NCBI GenBank assembly: GCA_965205505.1
Contig: CBDBHB010000008.1
Span: forward strand, 1,257,903 to 1,321,902
DNA from: Acidobacteriota bacterium
GTDB taxonomy: Bacteria; Acidobacteriota; UBA890; WLXD01
DNA length: 64,000 nucleotides
Reading direction: 5' to 3'
The translations under genes were made by a program, and so were the position numbers. The notes beneath the pieces are model-generated. The model did not search any database, was not told the origin of the DNA, and saw only the letters and a list, made by a program, of their open reading frames with translations. Shown one piece after another: positions 1 to 9,503 of this stretch (position 1 is its first letter; every line of letters starts with the position of its first letter).

Positions 1-166
1 CAAGATGGGAGAACAGCGCTACCGTAGACACGAGCGCGAGCGTACCGCCCGCGAGTGCGGAGCGCGCCACCGGAAGCTGCCAGCCAAACGCGGGATCGTC
101 GTTGTTCGCGGCGACCTGCGGATCCGCGCCAGCGTTTTCTATCGAGCCTTCGTCGCTGGGTTCCAT
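1..166 (-). CDS. 5' part of a probable membrane protein running off the window
   Basis: ATG at 166 opens MEPSDEGSIENAGADPQ...ARSALAGGTLALVSTVALFSHL with no stop before the window edge; hydrophobic stretch. Confidence 0.45.
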   Translation of the reverse strand, partial: MEPSDEGSIENAGADPQVAANNDDPAFGWQLPVARSALAGGTLALVSTVALFSHL

Positions 167-207
167 CGGTCACCGGTTACGGGGCCGAGATCCTCCAAGA
201 ATACCAG

Positions 208-232
208 CTTGTGTCCTGTAACAGGACACTAA
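208..232. repeat. Collapsed footprint of the type-C CTAG MITE
   Basis: cttg-TGTCCTGTAACAGGACA-ctaa equals the left and right termini of the 59268-59546 element fused, with degenerate CTAG flanks. Confidence 0.6.
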
Positions 233-277
233 GGGCGCAGGGCAACCGAGAGCCGGCAATGAGCCGGCGCCACGTTC

Positions 278-676
278 TCAGGTGAGCAGCACGAAAGCCG
301 CCGCTGAGGCGGCAACTTGGATCGTGAAGTTATCGAGGCCGTGGTTGCTAACCGCCTCAACAAGCGCACCGAAGACGCCGCACGCAACGCCGGCGGCCAC
401 CGCCATCCCGGCGGAGAGCCCGAACAAGCAGAGCCCCGCTGCTGCAGCAATCGCATCGCCCCAACCGCAGACCAAGTAGCCCACGAACGCGAACTGGGGA
501 AAGAACAGATTGCTAGCCAGCCCGCCAGCAGCCGTCGTAGCCAACGGTACGAGGATAAACAGCGATCTGCGGGGCCGATCGGTGTCGCGTACCATCGCCT
601 CGTAGATCGGATAGCCGTCGCCGCGCCATACCGAGTAGTGCACGATCGAGGCGACCAAGCTGCCGAATAGCGACAC
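278..676 (-). pseudogene. Phytol/dolichol kinase-like (CTP_transf_1 superfamily) membrane protein remnant
   Basis: GWGDA and LDNFTIQVAA motifs are present; the N-terminus and the segment normally following GDA appear to be missing. Confidence 0.55.
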
Positions 677-679
677 TGC

Positions 680-804
680 CGGGAGACCTGGAACCCCTCG
701 CGGTTCAGAAGAAACTCGAACACGTAGGCCATGTCGATGTCGTCCTCGGCTACCATCAGACGAGGAATGTGCAATCGGCTCACCGGCTCGGCTCCTAGAA
801 TCAT
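680..804 (-). pseudogene. N-terminal fragment of a response-regulator receiver domain
   Basis: RLMVAEDDIDMAYVFEFLLNREGFQV matches receiver beta1-alpha1, then breaks off into the kinase remnant. Confidence 0.55.
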
Positions 805-968
805 CTCTAACGTCGTTCGCCCTGGGCGGGTGACCGCGTTGATACGCAGGGTGTCAACAGCGATGCTAACAACGTGCGTTGAACACCAGAAGCTAAGTTT
901 TATTATTATTATTTTTTATTGGTTATTATTAGATAAACTTAGACATTAAAAGATGTCTGAGGACGGCC

Positions 969-1796
969 ATGGACGCCGATCTTAGCGGCCTGCTCGAATT
1001 CGCTGTCTCTATGGCGCACCAGGCTGGTCGCACAACGCTGCGCTATTTCGACGCCGCCATGCACATCGAGCTCAAGGCGGATTCCACACCGGTGACACAG
1101 GCCGATCGTGAGGCCGAACAACTGTGTCGAGTGCTGATAGAGGCTCGCTTCCCCGACGATGGCATCGTCGGCGAGGAGTTCGGTGCCTGCCGCGTCGACG
1201 CGGCGCGCCGATGGATCATCGACCCGATCGACGGCACCAAGAGCTTCATCCGAGGCGTGCCCCTGTACGGCGTGCTGATCGCGCTCGAGCAGGCGGGCCG
1301 ACCGGTGCTCGGCGTGGTCCATTTCCCGGCCCTTTCGGAGACGGTGGCGGCAGCCCGTGGAAGCGGTTGCTACTGGAACGGACGCCGCGCTCGGGTATCA
1401 GAGGTTGGCACTCTCAAGGACGCGCTAGTGCTGAGCACCGATGCCGAGTCGTTCGCCGAGGAGGGTCGTGGGTCGGAATGGGACCGGTTAACGACCTGCG
1501 CCGCGATGGCGCGAACGTGGGGAGATTGCTACGGCCACGCGCTCGTCGCCACAGGTCGCGCTGAAGCGATGCTCGACCCGGTTCTGGCGCTGTGGGACTC
1601 TGCCGCGCTGCTCCCCATCGTCGAGGAAGCTGGCGGTGTATTCACCGATTGGGCAGGCCGGCCGATACATGATGGGGGTTCCGGAATCGCCACCAACGCA
1701 GCGCTGGCACAGGAGATTCGAGGGCTGCTCGGCGTCGGCGACTCGGTTTCCTCCAGGGGTCACGGTAGTTGCGCGGACGACCCGGTGGCACAATAG
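969..1796 (+). CDS. hisN: Histidinol-phosphatase (inositol monophosphatase family)
   Basis: K.D.TPVT.AD, GEE, WIIDPIDGTKSF, WGDCYG, WD.AA motifs. Confidence 0.85.
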   Translation: MDADLSGLLEFAVSMAHQAGRTTLRYFDAAMHIELKADSTPVTQADREAEQLCRVLIEARFPDDGIVGEEFGACRVDAARRWIIDPIDGTKSFIRGVPLYGVLIALEQAGRPVLGVVHFPALSETVAAARGSGCYWNGRRARVSEVGTLKDALVLSTDAESFAEEGRGSEWDRLTTCAAMARTWGDCYGHALVATGRAEAMLDPVLALWDSAALLPIVEEAGGVFTDWAGRPIHDGGSGIATNAALAQEIRGLLGVGDSVSSRGHGSCADDPVAQ

Positions 1797-1802
1797 GCAT
1801 CC

Positions 1803-2963
1803 ATGGACCAGGAGCTCGAGGAACTAGTACGCCCACGCATCGAGGACAGCTACCTCCGCATCCTCGTGGTTGAAGAGGATCCCGAGCTCCGATCCCTGGT
1901 GGTTTCCACGCTTGCCCACTTCGGGTTCGGTTGCCAGGAGGCCACCGATGCCGGTGATGCGCTACGCGTCCTGCGCGAGGCTGCTGCCGGTCGCGACGAT
2001 AGTCCGCTACAGGCCGAGGGGGGCACGCTCACACCGATCGGCGGACGTTACGCCAGCCTGACGTGCGAGTTCGGGATGGTGATCTGTGACGTGCGGATGC
2101 CCGACCGCGACGGACTCTGGTTTCTCGACCAGGTGCTCACCACGTACCCGGACGTGTCGGTCATCATGCTGACGTCCGTGGATCGCAGCCGTCTGGCAGT
2201 CGAGTGCCTGCGCCGCGGGGCCACTGACTACCTGGTCAAACCCATCGACATGGACGATCTGCTGATCTCCGTCCATCAAGGGCTGGAACGACGGCGCCTG
2301 GTGATCGAGAACCAGCTCTATCAGACGAAGCTCGAACGCATGGTTCAGGATCGGACGTTCGAACTACGACGTGCCCTCGACAAGCTGCGCGACAGCTACA
2401 ACGAGACGCTCACAGCCCTGGCGGCCGCGCTGGACGCACGCGAGCAGGAGACTGCCAACCACTCGGTGCGTGTTTCCGAGGGCTGCACCCGGCTGCTCCG
2501 TCGGCTCGGCATAGACGATGACGAAACGCTACAGGTGATCGAGGCCGGCGCGTTGCTGCACGACATCGGCAAGATCGGCATCCCCGACTCGATCTTGCTC
2601 AAGGAGGGCCCGTTGGACGTAAGCGAGCGCGCCGTGATGAAGCGCCATCCGCAGATCGGCTACGACATGCTGCGCGGCATCCGCTTCCTCGATCCGTCGT
2701 TGGAGCTCGTCCTCTACCACCAAGAGCGCTACGACGGCACTGGGTATCCGCATGGCTTGGCCGGAGAGCACATTCCCCTGGCGGCGCGCGCCTTCGCCGT
2801 CGTCGACGCCTGGGATGCGATGACCAACACCCGCCCTTACCGTCAGGCAATGACGGCGAAGCTGGCGGCAGAGGAGCTGCGCTCGTGCGCTGGCGCGCAC
2901 TTTGACCCGGTGGTCGTCGAGGCGTTCCTCGATATGAAACGTTCCGAAGGGGCCCTCATCTGA
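1803..2963 (+). CDS. Response regulator with HD-GYP c-di-GMP phosphodiesterase domain (RpfG-like)
   Basis: Receiver (CDVRMP...DYLVKP), coiled linker, LLHDIGKIG, HQERYDGTGYP. Confidence 0.9.
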   Translation: MDQELEELVRPRIEDSYLRILVVEEDPELRSLVVSTLAHFGFGCQEATDAGDALRVLREAAAGRDDSPLQAEGGTLTPIGGRYASLTCEFGMVICDVRMPDRDGLWFLDQVLTTYPDVSVIMLTSVDRSRLAVECLRRGATDYLVKPIDMDDLLISVHQGLERRRLVIENQLYQTKLERMVQDRTFELRRALDKLRDSYNETLTALAAALDAREQETANHSVRVSEGCTRLLRRLGIDDDETLQVIEAGALLHDIGKIGIPDSILLKEGPLDVSERAVMKRHPQIGYDMLRGIRFLDPSLELVLYHQERYDGTGYPHGLAGEHIPLAARAFAVVDAWDAMTNTRPYRQAMTAKLAAEELRSCAGAHFDPVVVEAFLDMKRSEGALI

Positions 2964-4249
2964 GCCCACCCAGCGAGCGAGCGCCGCGCAGAGAGCTGTT
3001 TGCCTGGTGCACGTTCGACTTCGCGAACTCCGGATACACCACCGTCATCATCACGGCCGTCTACAGCGTCTACTTCGTCAGCGTAGTGGCCGAGAATCGC
3101 CCCGAGGCGACCCTCGTCTGGACGCTGGCGCTCTCGGTCTCCTACCTGCTGGTGCTCATCACCGCGCCGCTGCTGGGTGCCATCGCCGACCACTCGGCCA
3201 GCAAGAAGCGGCTGCTCGTGTGGACCACCAGCTTGTGCGTGCTCGCCACGGCTGCGCTGGTAACAACCGGGCGCGGTGATATCTGGCTCGCCTGCGGCTT
3301 GATCATCGTGTCCAACACCTTCTATGCGGCGGGCGAGAACCTGATCGCCGCCTTCTTGCCCGACCTGGCGCCGCCCGAAGACATAGGGAAGCTGTCTGGA
3401 TACGGCTGGGCCTGGGGTTACATCGGCGGGCTGGTGGCGCTTGCACTGTGCTTGGTTTATCTACGAACGGCCGTCGCCGGCGGCGCGGTGGAGGCAGAGG
3501 TCGTCCCGAACACCGCATTGATCGTCGCAGGCCTTTTCGCAGTGGCCGTAGTGCCGTCCTTCCTATGGCTTCGTGAGCCCCGCGCCAGCGGTCAGCTGAA
3601 CAGCTTTTCGGAGTATGTGGGGGTCGGCTTCTCGCGCCTTCGGACAACGCTACGAGAAGCGCGTCGATTCGGCGACCTGTTCCGATTGTTGCTCTGCATC
3701 GGCGCGTACAGCGCCGGGGTGACGGTCGTGACCACGGTCGCGGGAGTGTACGCACAACAAGTGCTTCAACTCAGCCAGGTCGAGACGATATCTCTACTGG
3801 TAGTGGTCAACCTGAGCGCCGCAGCCGGCGCCTTCGCCTTCGGCTACATACAGGACCGATTCGGCTCCAAGCGGACGATCGCCATCACGCTGCTGCTGTG
3901 GATCGCAACTACGTTGGGTGCGGCATTCATCGACACCACCATGCAGCTGTTCGTCATCGGAAATATGGCCGGCGTGGCCATCGGATCGAGCCAGTCGGCC
4001 GGCCGCGCGATGGTGGCGCTGTTCTCGCCTGGTGCCAAGGCAGCGGAGTTCTTCGGTCTCTGGGGGATGGCTGTGAAGGCCGCATCAATCGTCGGCCCGC
4101 TGACCTACGGGATAACCAACTACGCCACCGGCTCACACCGCATCGCCCTGGCGATCACCACCGTGTTCTTTCTCGCCGGCCTGGCGTTGTTGTGGCAGAT
4201 TGACGAGGAGCGTGGACGCCGAGTAGCCGAAGCCTACGTCGAAGGCTGA
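2960..4249 (+). CDS. MFS transporter (Atg22/UMF1 family), probable CTG start
   Basis: In-frame conserved N-terminus ELFAWCTFDFANSGYTTV lies upstream of GTG 3086; many TM segments; APLLGAIAD and EFFGLW motifs. Confidence 0.85.
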   Translation: MSPPSERAPRRELFAWCTFDFANSGYTTVIITAVYSVYFVSVVAENRPEATLVWTLALSVSYLLVLITAPLLGAIADHSASKKRLLVWTTSLCVLATAALVTTGRGDIWLACGLIIVSNTFYAAGENLIAAFLPDLAPPEDIGKLSGYGWAWGYIGGLVALALCLVYLRTAVAGGAVEAEVVPNTALIVAGLFAVAVVPSFLWLREPRASGQLNSFSEYVGVGFSRLRTTLREARRFGDLFRLLLCIGAYSAGVTVVTTVAGVYAQQVLQLSQVETISLLVVVNLSAAAGAFAFGYIQDRFGSKRTIAITLLLWIATTLGAAFIDTTMQLFVIGNMAGVAIGSSQSAGRAMVALFSPGAKAAEFFGLWGMAVKAASIVGPLTYGITNYATGSHRIALAITTVFFLAGLALLWQIDEERGRRVAEAYVEG

Positions 4250-7116
4250 GGCGGTATGGCCGCAACGACGCGGTTTCGCCCGCCCGATTTGGCCCGATAC
4301 ATCGCCTCATCGGCACGCTTGAGCAAATCCTCCGCGATCGCGTCGTCGTAGCGCGACGGCGAGGAAATCGTCGCCACACCCACCGAGATCGTGACGGTCA
4401 GGTCGTGGCCGTCGAATCGGAGCCGCTCACCCTCCACTTCGGAGCGCAGCTTCTCGGCCAGGAACCGGGCGCCTTCGGCTCCGGTGTTCGGCAGCAGGAT
4501 GGCGAACTCCTCGCCGCCGAATCGCGCTGGAAGATCGGTGGCACGCACGGTCTGCGCGAGCCCTCGCGCCACCAGTCGCAACACCTCGTCGCCGGCGGCG
4601 TGGCCAAAGCGATCGTTGACCGTCTTGAATCGGTCGAGGTCGAGCACCAGCAGCGACAGATGCTGGTCGGTCGGGACACGCGTCAGCTTGCGTAACTCGC
4701 GTTCCAAGCTGTCGAGGAAGAACCGCCGGTTCGGTAGGCCTGTCAGCTCGTCGGTAGTCGCCATACGCTCGAGCTGGGCGTTTTTCTCGACCAGTTCGCG
4801 TGTGCGGACGTCGACCTTGCGACGCAGTCGGCGGCGATCGTCCTCGATGTGCCGCAACCTGCCTCTGAACAACACGCCGACAAGGAGCAGCGAGAGAACC
4901 GCCAAGGCGACGCGAAACCAGATCGTCTCCCACACCGCTGGCCGTACCACAAAGCGCACGCGGGCAGGCTCCCTACTCCACAAGCCACTCTCGTTGATCG
5001 CCTGCAACTCGAAGGTGTACTCGCGCGGGGCAAGGTCCACGAACGTAACGCTGCGCTCCTCCGTGGGGCGTGACCAGACGTCCGACTGTCCGATCAGTCG
5101 GTACTGGAAACGACTGCTCGATTCATCTCGATACGACAGCGCGCTGTACGCGATGGTTACGTCGTTGTGCTCAGGAGGAAGGTCGGCAAGCACGGACTGG
5201 GTTGCCGGCTCGCCGTCGACGAGCACGTGGCGAATCACCACCGCCGGCGGCACCGTCGGCGCAACGCGAACACCGGGGCGAAAGACCGTCAGCCCTGCGG
5301 GGGTACCGAACCAGAGGCGTCCGTCATCGCCCGCAACGGCGGCGCCAGGGTTGCCGGCTGCGGCAACCAGCCCATCTCCGAGATCGTAGTGCGACACACC
5401 CAGCGACGGATCCCAGCGATCGAGGCCACGGTTGGTGTACAGCCAAACGCGCCCACGGCGATCAACCACTACTTGATGTACGAAATCACTGGCCAGCCCG
5501 TTGCCGTCACGTGTGAGCGCCGAAGTACTGCCGTCTGGCAGGAACCGGATGGCGCCGTGGCCGTTCGTCGCCACCCACACACTGCCGTCGGGCGCCGGTG
5601 CCAGGGACCAAACTGGCGACCGTTGCCAGCCCTCGTCCTTGTCGGGCCGTACGAACCCGCCGTCGATTTGCAGCCATACGCCGCGATCTCGGGTTCCGAC
5701 CCACAGGCGCCCTCGACTGTCGTTTGCGAGGGCGGTCACCGGTGCGTCGGCCAGGCGCGGGCCGGCCGGCGCTGGCATGATGCGATCGCCGATCACACGA
5801 TGCAGGCCGCTGTCGGTCCCCACCCAAACGGTGTCCCCGTGACGATGCAGCGCTCGCACCGCCGGACCGCGTATGAGGCGCGGGCTCCTGCCACGCGGAG
5901 CCCGCAGCAGGCCACGTGTCGTGCCGACGATCAACTCCTCCGTCGTGGCTACAAGCGCCGTGATCTGCCCGGCAGCATCAGCATTCACGTCGAGCGCAAG
6001 GCTCGGTTCCTCACTCCCTCGGAACGAAACGATCCCATCTCGGGTGGCGGCCCACACGGTTCCTGTCGCATCGGTATCGAGCGCTACCACGAAGTCGCCC
6101 CGCATGCCGTGAGCGATCATATAGGTCACAAAGCTCGAAGCCACCAGCTTGGCAGCGCCGCCATCCGTCCCGAACCAGACGTTGCCTTCATGGTCTACCA
6201 GCACCGCGTTGACGCGGTCATCACCCAGCCCGGCGCGGACGTCGTATACCTCGACAGCCGGTGGGCGCCAGTGGACCGCGCCGCGATCGGTGCCGAACCA
6301 CAGGTCGCCTTCCGGCGAGCGCGCCGCACCAAGCATGTGCGTGCCCTTCGCCTCAGGCACTGGGTCGAGCCGACCACCAACCAGCCGGTACAGTCCGCGG
6401 TCGGTTCCGACCCACAGCAAGCCGCCACTGTCGACGATCAGCACCGTGACCGCGGCGCCGGCAGGCAAGCCGACATCCTCGCGTAGCAGCCGGTCACGGT
6501 GCAGGCGATACAGTCCACCAGGGCCGCCGACCCACGTCCGAGACGACGGGTCCACGACCACCGCCGTACAGCATCCTGGCGGAACTTCAGACTCGGGTAC
6601 GACGCGCCGTGGACCTTCCGGCGTAGTTGCTACCAGGCCGCGTGCTGTCGCGAACCAGAGCGAGCCACTGGGATCCGGGTAAATGGAGCGCACCACGGCA
6701 CCATCGAGACCATCACCCAGCAGAACGCGAACGACGCCGTCCTCGATGACCCCCACCCCACCTTCACGCGCGGCAAACACGACGCTGCCATCCGCAGCTT
6801 CAGCCAACGCCACGATGGTGCTACCGATCAGACCACCGGCGACGGTGAAGAGGCTGAACTCAGACCCGTCGTACCGCGTCAGACCGCCGCTAGTACCGAA
6901 CCAAAGGTAGCCGCGCCGATCCTGCAAGACGCTGTGCACTCGACTCGCCGGTAACCCGGTGGCGACCGTATAGCGAGTGAAGTTGAACTGTTGCGCAGCG
7001 GCGGTCAACGGCCAGGATGCGGCCGACGCGGCGAGTGCCAGGCACACAGGTACAAACACGCTCACACGGCGCGGGCGAGTTCGAACCTGTGGCAAGAAAG
7101 GCACCGTCGTAGCCAT
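4234..7116 (-). CDS. Diguanylate cyclase with periplasmic beta-propeller (Reg_prop) and Y_Y_Y sensor
   Basis: Signal peptide, repeated D..G.LW.GT..GL units, Y_Y_Y-like region, one TM, GGEEF active site with RATD I-site. Confidence 0.9.
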   Translation of the reverse strand: MATTVPFLPQVRTRPRRVSVFVPVCLALAASAASWPLTAAAQQFNFTRYTVATGLPASRVHSVLQDRRGYLWFGTSGGLTRYDGSEFSLFTVAGGLIGSTIVALAEAADGSVVFAAREGGVGVIEDGVVRVLLGDGLDGAVVRSIYPDPSGSLWFATARGLVATTPEGPRRVVPESEVPPGCCTAVVVDPSSRTWVGGPGGLYRLHRDRLLREDVGLPAGAAVTVLIVDSGGLLWVGTDRGLYRLVGGRLDPVPEAKGTHMLGAARSPEGDLWFGTDRGAVHWRPPAVEVYDVRAGLGDDRVNAVLVDHEGNVWFGTDGGAAKLVASSFVTYMIAHGMRGDFVVALDTDATGTVWAATRDGIVSFRGSEEPSLALDVNADAAGQITALVATTEELIVGTTRGLLRAPRGRSPRLIRGPAVRALHRHGDTVWVGTDSGLHRVIGDRIMPAPAGPRLADAPVTALANDSRGRLWVGTRDRGVWLQIDGGFVRPDKDEGWQRSPVWSLAPAPDGSVWVATNGHGAIRFLPDGSTSALTRDGNGLASDFVHQVVVDRRGRVWLYTNRGLDRWDPSLGVSHYDLGDGLVAAAGNPGAAVAGDDGRLWFGTPAGLTVFRPGVRVAPTVPPAVVIRHVLVDGEPATQSVLADLPPEHNDVTIAYSALSYRDESSSRFQYRLIGQSDVWSRPTEERSVTFVDLAPREYTFELQAINESGLWSREPARVRFVVRPAVWETIWFRVALAVLSLLLVGVLFRGRLRHIEDDRRRLRRKVDVRTRELVEKNAQLERMATTDELTGLPNRRFFLDSLERELRKLTRVPTDQHLSLLVLDLDRFKTVNDRFGHAAGDEVLRLVARGLAQTVRATDLPARFGGEEFAILLPNTGAEGARFLAEKLRSEVEGERLRFDGHDLTVTISVGVATISSPSRYDDAIAEDLLKRADEAMYRAKSGGRNRVVAAIPPQPST

Positions 7117-7377
7117 CAGTTTCAGGAATGCCGTCCATGAGTTAGCAATACTGACTAATAATGATTAAATAACTGTAACTCTGATTCAACAGAATCATGA
7201 ATATCCTTTTCTTTTCATTTACAATCATTGATGATTTCAAATAGCTGTGGGGACCGGTCACGAGACCGACTCGGCCCGGTCCGCCTGTCGGTGCGCGCCA
7301 TCGGCGATTGGCTTCTGTAGAATCGATGTGAGGCTGGCTCCTTGGAGCCGCCGTCAAGCCCGCTGGGCGAGGAAACG

Positions 7378-7620
7378 ATGCAGAGTCCGCAGCTGCTGGC
7401 ACCCGATGAGCTTCAGCGCATCATCGAGACCGCGATCCCGAACGCCACTGTGCTGGTCACCGATCTCACCGGCACGCGCGATCACTATCGAGTGGAGGTG
7501 GTGGCAGAGGAGTTCGAGGGCAAGACGCGGCTACAGCAACACCAGCTCGTATACAAGGCCGTCGGCGACCATATGACGCAGGCAGTCCATGCGCTACAAA
7601 TCCGCACGAGAACACCCTAG
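7378..7620 (+). CDS. bolA: BolA/IbaG family protein
   Basis: DHY.V.VV...FEGK...QQHQLVY...HALQI. Confidence 0.85.
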   Translation: MQSPQLLAPDELQRIIETAIPNATVLVTDLTGTRDHYRVEVVAEEFEGKTRLQQHQLVYKAVGDHMTQAVHALQIRTRTP

Positions 7621-7632
7621 GAGCAGCGTCAA

Positions 7633-7974
7633 ATGAGCGAAGAACTGCGTAGTAGCATCGATGCCGCCGTCGCCAATAGCCCCGTTCACGTCTTCATGAA
7701 GGGAACGCCGGACGCGCCCCAGTGTGGATTTTCCAAGGCGTCCTGCGATGTCTTCCGAGCGCTCGGGGTGGAGTTCACAGCGACCAACGTGCTCGAGAAC
7801 CTGGACGCGTATCGTACCGAGTTGGGGCAGATAACCCAGTGGCCTACGATCCCGCAGATCTTTGTTAACGGAGAGTTCATCGGCGGCTGCGATATCCTCA
7901 TCGAGATGTACAACCAGGGCGAGTTGCGCAAGCTGCTGGTGGCCGAGACAGCGGTCGTCCAGGACGGCGAATAG
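7633..7974 (+). CDS. grxD: Monothiol glutaredoxin Grx4
   Basis: FMKGTP..PQCGFS, WPTIPQ, GGCDI; adjacent to bolA. Confidence 0.92.
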   Translation: MSEELRSSIDAAVANSPVHVFMKGTPDAPQCGFSKASCDVFRALGVEFTATNVLENLDAYRTELGQITQWPTIPQIFVNGEFIGGCDILIEMYNQGELRKLLVAETAVVQDGE

Positions 7975-8011
7975 CGCCCCGCACAGTTACCAACGATCCA
8001 CCGGGTTCCCC

Positions 8012-8863
8012 GTGAACCTATACCGGCTGCTGGCCGCATTCACACGCGCCCTCGGACGCGCTGGCCACCAGTTCTGGTTCAACAACGGCTTCAACGACTG
8101 CGCGGCAATCTCGTACTACGCGTTGCTGTCGATCGTACCGTTGGTGGGGCTGGTTATCGGGGTTCTCAGCCTGTTCGTAGGGGTAACCTCGGAGGAGATT
8201 GAGCAGATCCTCCGCGAAGGCGGCTGGATCGCTCCGGAGTTCGGCGCGGTGATCAACGCCGCAGTCACCGAGCTGCTCCGACACGGCACCAGCATCGGCC
8301 TTGTGTCGCTGGTGACCACGGTGTGGTTCGCGAGCCTGGTGTTCGGCTCCATTCAGACGGCGTTCGACCGAATCTTCCAGACGTTCCATCCGCCACTGTG
8401 GGGGTTGATGAAACCGCGCCTGGTCGCCCTCGCCGCCGCCATTCTGCTGATGCTGAGCTTCGTGTTCAACATCCTGATGACGGTAGTGAGGAGCGTGGAG
8501 GCACCGCTGGCCGCACGCGTGATCGACTTCGTGGAGCGCTCGGCTTTCTTGAACTTCGCCAGCTCCGTTGTGCTCGACATCCTGGTGTTCATGCTCATTC
8601 TTTACACCCTGCCTCCGCGCCGCCTGCACGATTGGCGAATGGTCATTCCGGCCGCTTTGGTCGGCGCGGTCGGATGGCGCGTCGCCCGCGCCGGCTTCGG
8701 CATCTACCTGAACTACGCCACGACGAGCCTGACCTTCACGGGCTCGGCCGGCGCCGCCGTTATCTTCATGCTCTGGATCTACTACGCAGCGCTCGTGCTG
8801 CTATACAGCGCGGAGCTACTGGTGGCGCTTGATCAGGCCCGCCGGGACAGCCAGGTCGGCTAG
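8012..8863 (+). CDS. YihY/BrkB family membrane protein
   Basis: AAISYYALLS..P and MLWIYY..LVLL..AE motifs, multiple TM helices. Confidence 0.85.
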   Translation: MNLYRLLAAFTRALGRAGHQFWFNNGFNDCAAISYYALLSIVPLVGLVIGVLSLFVGVTSEEIEQILREGGWIAPEFGAVINAAVTELLRHGTSIGLVSLVTTVWFASLVFGSIQTAFDRIFQTFHPPLWGLMKPRLVALAAAILLMLSFVFNILMTVVRSVEAPLAARVIDFVERSAFLNFASSVVLDILVFMLILYTLPPRRLHDWRMVIPAALVGAVGWRVARAGFGIYLNYATTSLTFTGSAGAAVIFMLWIYYAALVLLYSAELLVALDQARRDSQVG

Positions 8864-8981
8864 TGGTCTGTAACAGATGATCGTTGCATATCGCAGATGG
8901 GATTTGCGGGTGAGATCAAGGCGCGGCGAGGAAGGCGATGCAATGGGCATCGTCGACGAGGCGGTGGAAGTGTGGAAGGCC
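8860..8981 (+). mobile_element. Truncated type-A CTAG MITE with partial ERIC-like core
   Basis: CTAGTGG(t/c)CTGTAACAGATGATCGTTGCATATCG..., near-identical to 52163+ and to the reverse complement of 27143-27227; its CTAG contains the yihY stop. Confidence 0.8.
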
Positions 8982-9503
8982 TCAGTGCTCGAGCTCGAGG
9001 ATGGCCGGCTTCCATGCCATCGGGTCGGACGCCACACCGTGTGCCGGGCTCACTACCTCGAGTCGATGAGGGACGAAACGCACCAGGACGTAGTCGTCGC
9101 CGCGGTTGCCTTCGACGTAGAACTCGTCCCACTCCGGCTTCCATCGCCGTGCCTTTTCGTCGCCATCGGTGATCACCCGCGCCACCCCGGTCAGGGTCGC
9201 GTAGGCGCCGCCCTGCGCGTCGAGGTAGTAGAGCGTGGCGCGCGGATCGTTGGCCAGCTCGCGTACCTTTCGGGTCGATTTGTTGGTCGCCATCCACACG
9301 GTGAAGTCGTCGTCAGCTGGAAAGGGCTCCATGGTTCGTGCCTGCGGCGCGCCGTCGGCATCGAGGGTGATCAGGGCGCAGTACCGTGCCGCCGCCATCA
9401 CGGCGCGCGCCGCCTCGACGATGCGGTCGAGTTCTGGATCAGGCTGCTGCAAGCCGGCCCCCAGAAACACCGACGCCACAGCCACCGCGAGAGCGCGCAT
9501 CAC
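8982..9503 (-). CDS. Pyridoxamine-5'-phosphate oxidase-like FMN-binding protein with signal peptide
   Basis: LITLD.DGAPQAR.M...VWMAT...TRKV.EL..DPR..L.Y. Confidence 0.75.
   Translation of the reverse strand: MMRALAVAVASVFLGAGLQQPDPELDRIVEAARAVMAAARYCALITLDADGAPQARTMEPFPADDDFTVWMATNKSTRKVRELANDPRATLYYLDAQGGAYATLTGVARVITDGDEKARRWKPEWDEFYVEGNRGDDYVLVRFVPHRLEVVSPAHGVASDPMAWKPAILELEH

Noticed and set aside
4391-6954. Long overlapping plus-strand ORFs opposite the GGDEF gene (and similar ones elsewhere)
   Set aside because: They are typical high-GC antisense shadow frames without recognisable motifs.
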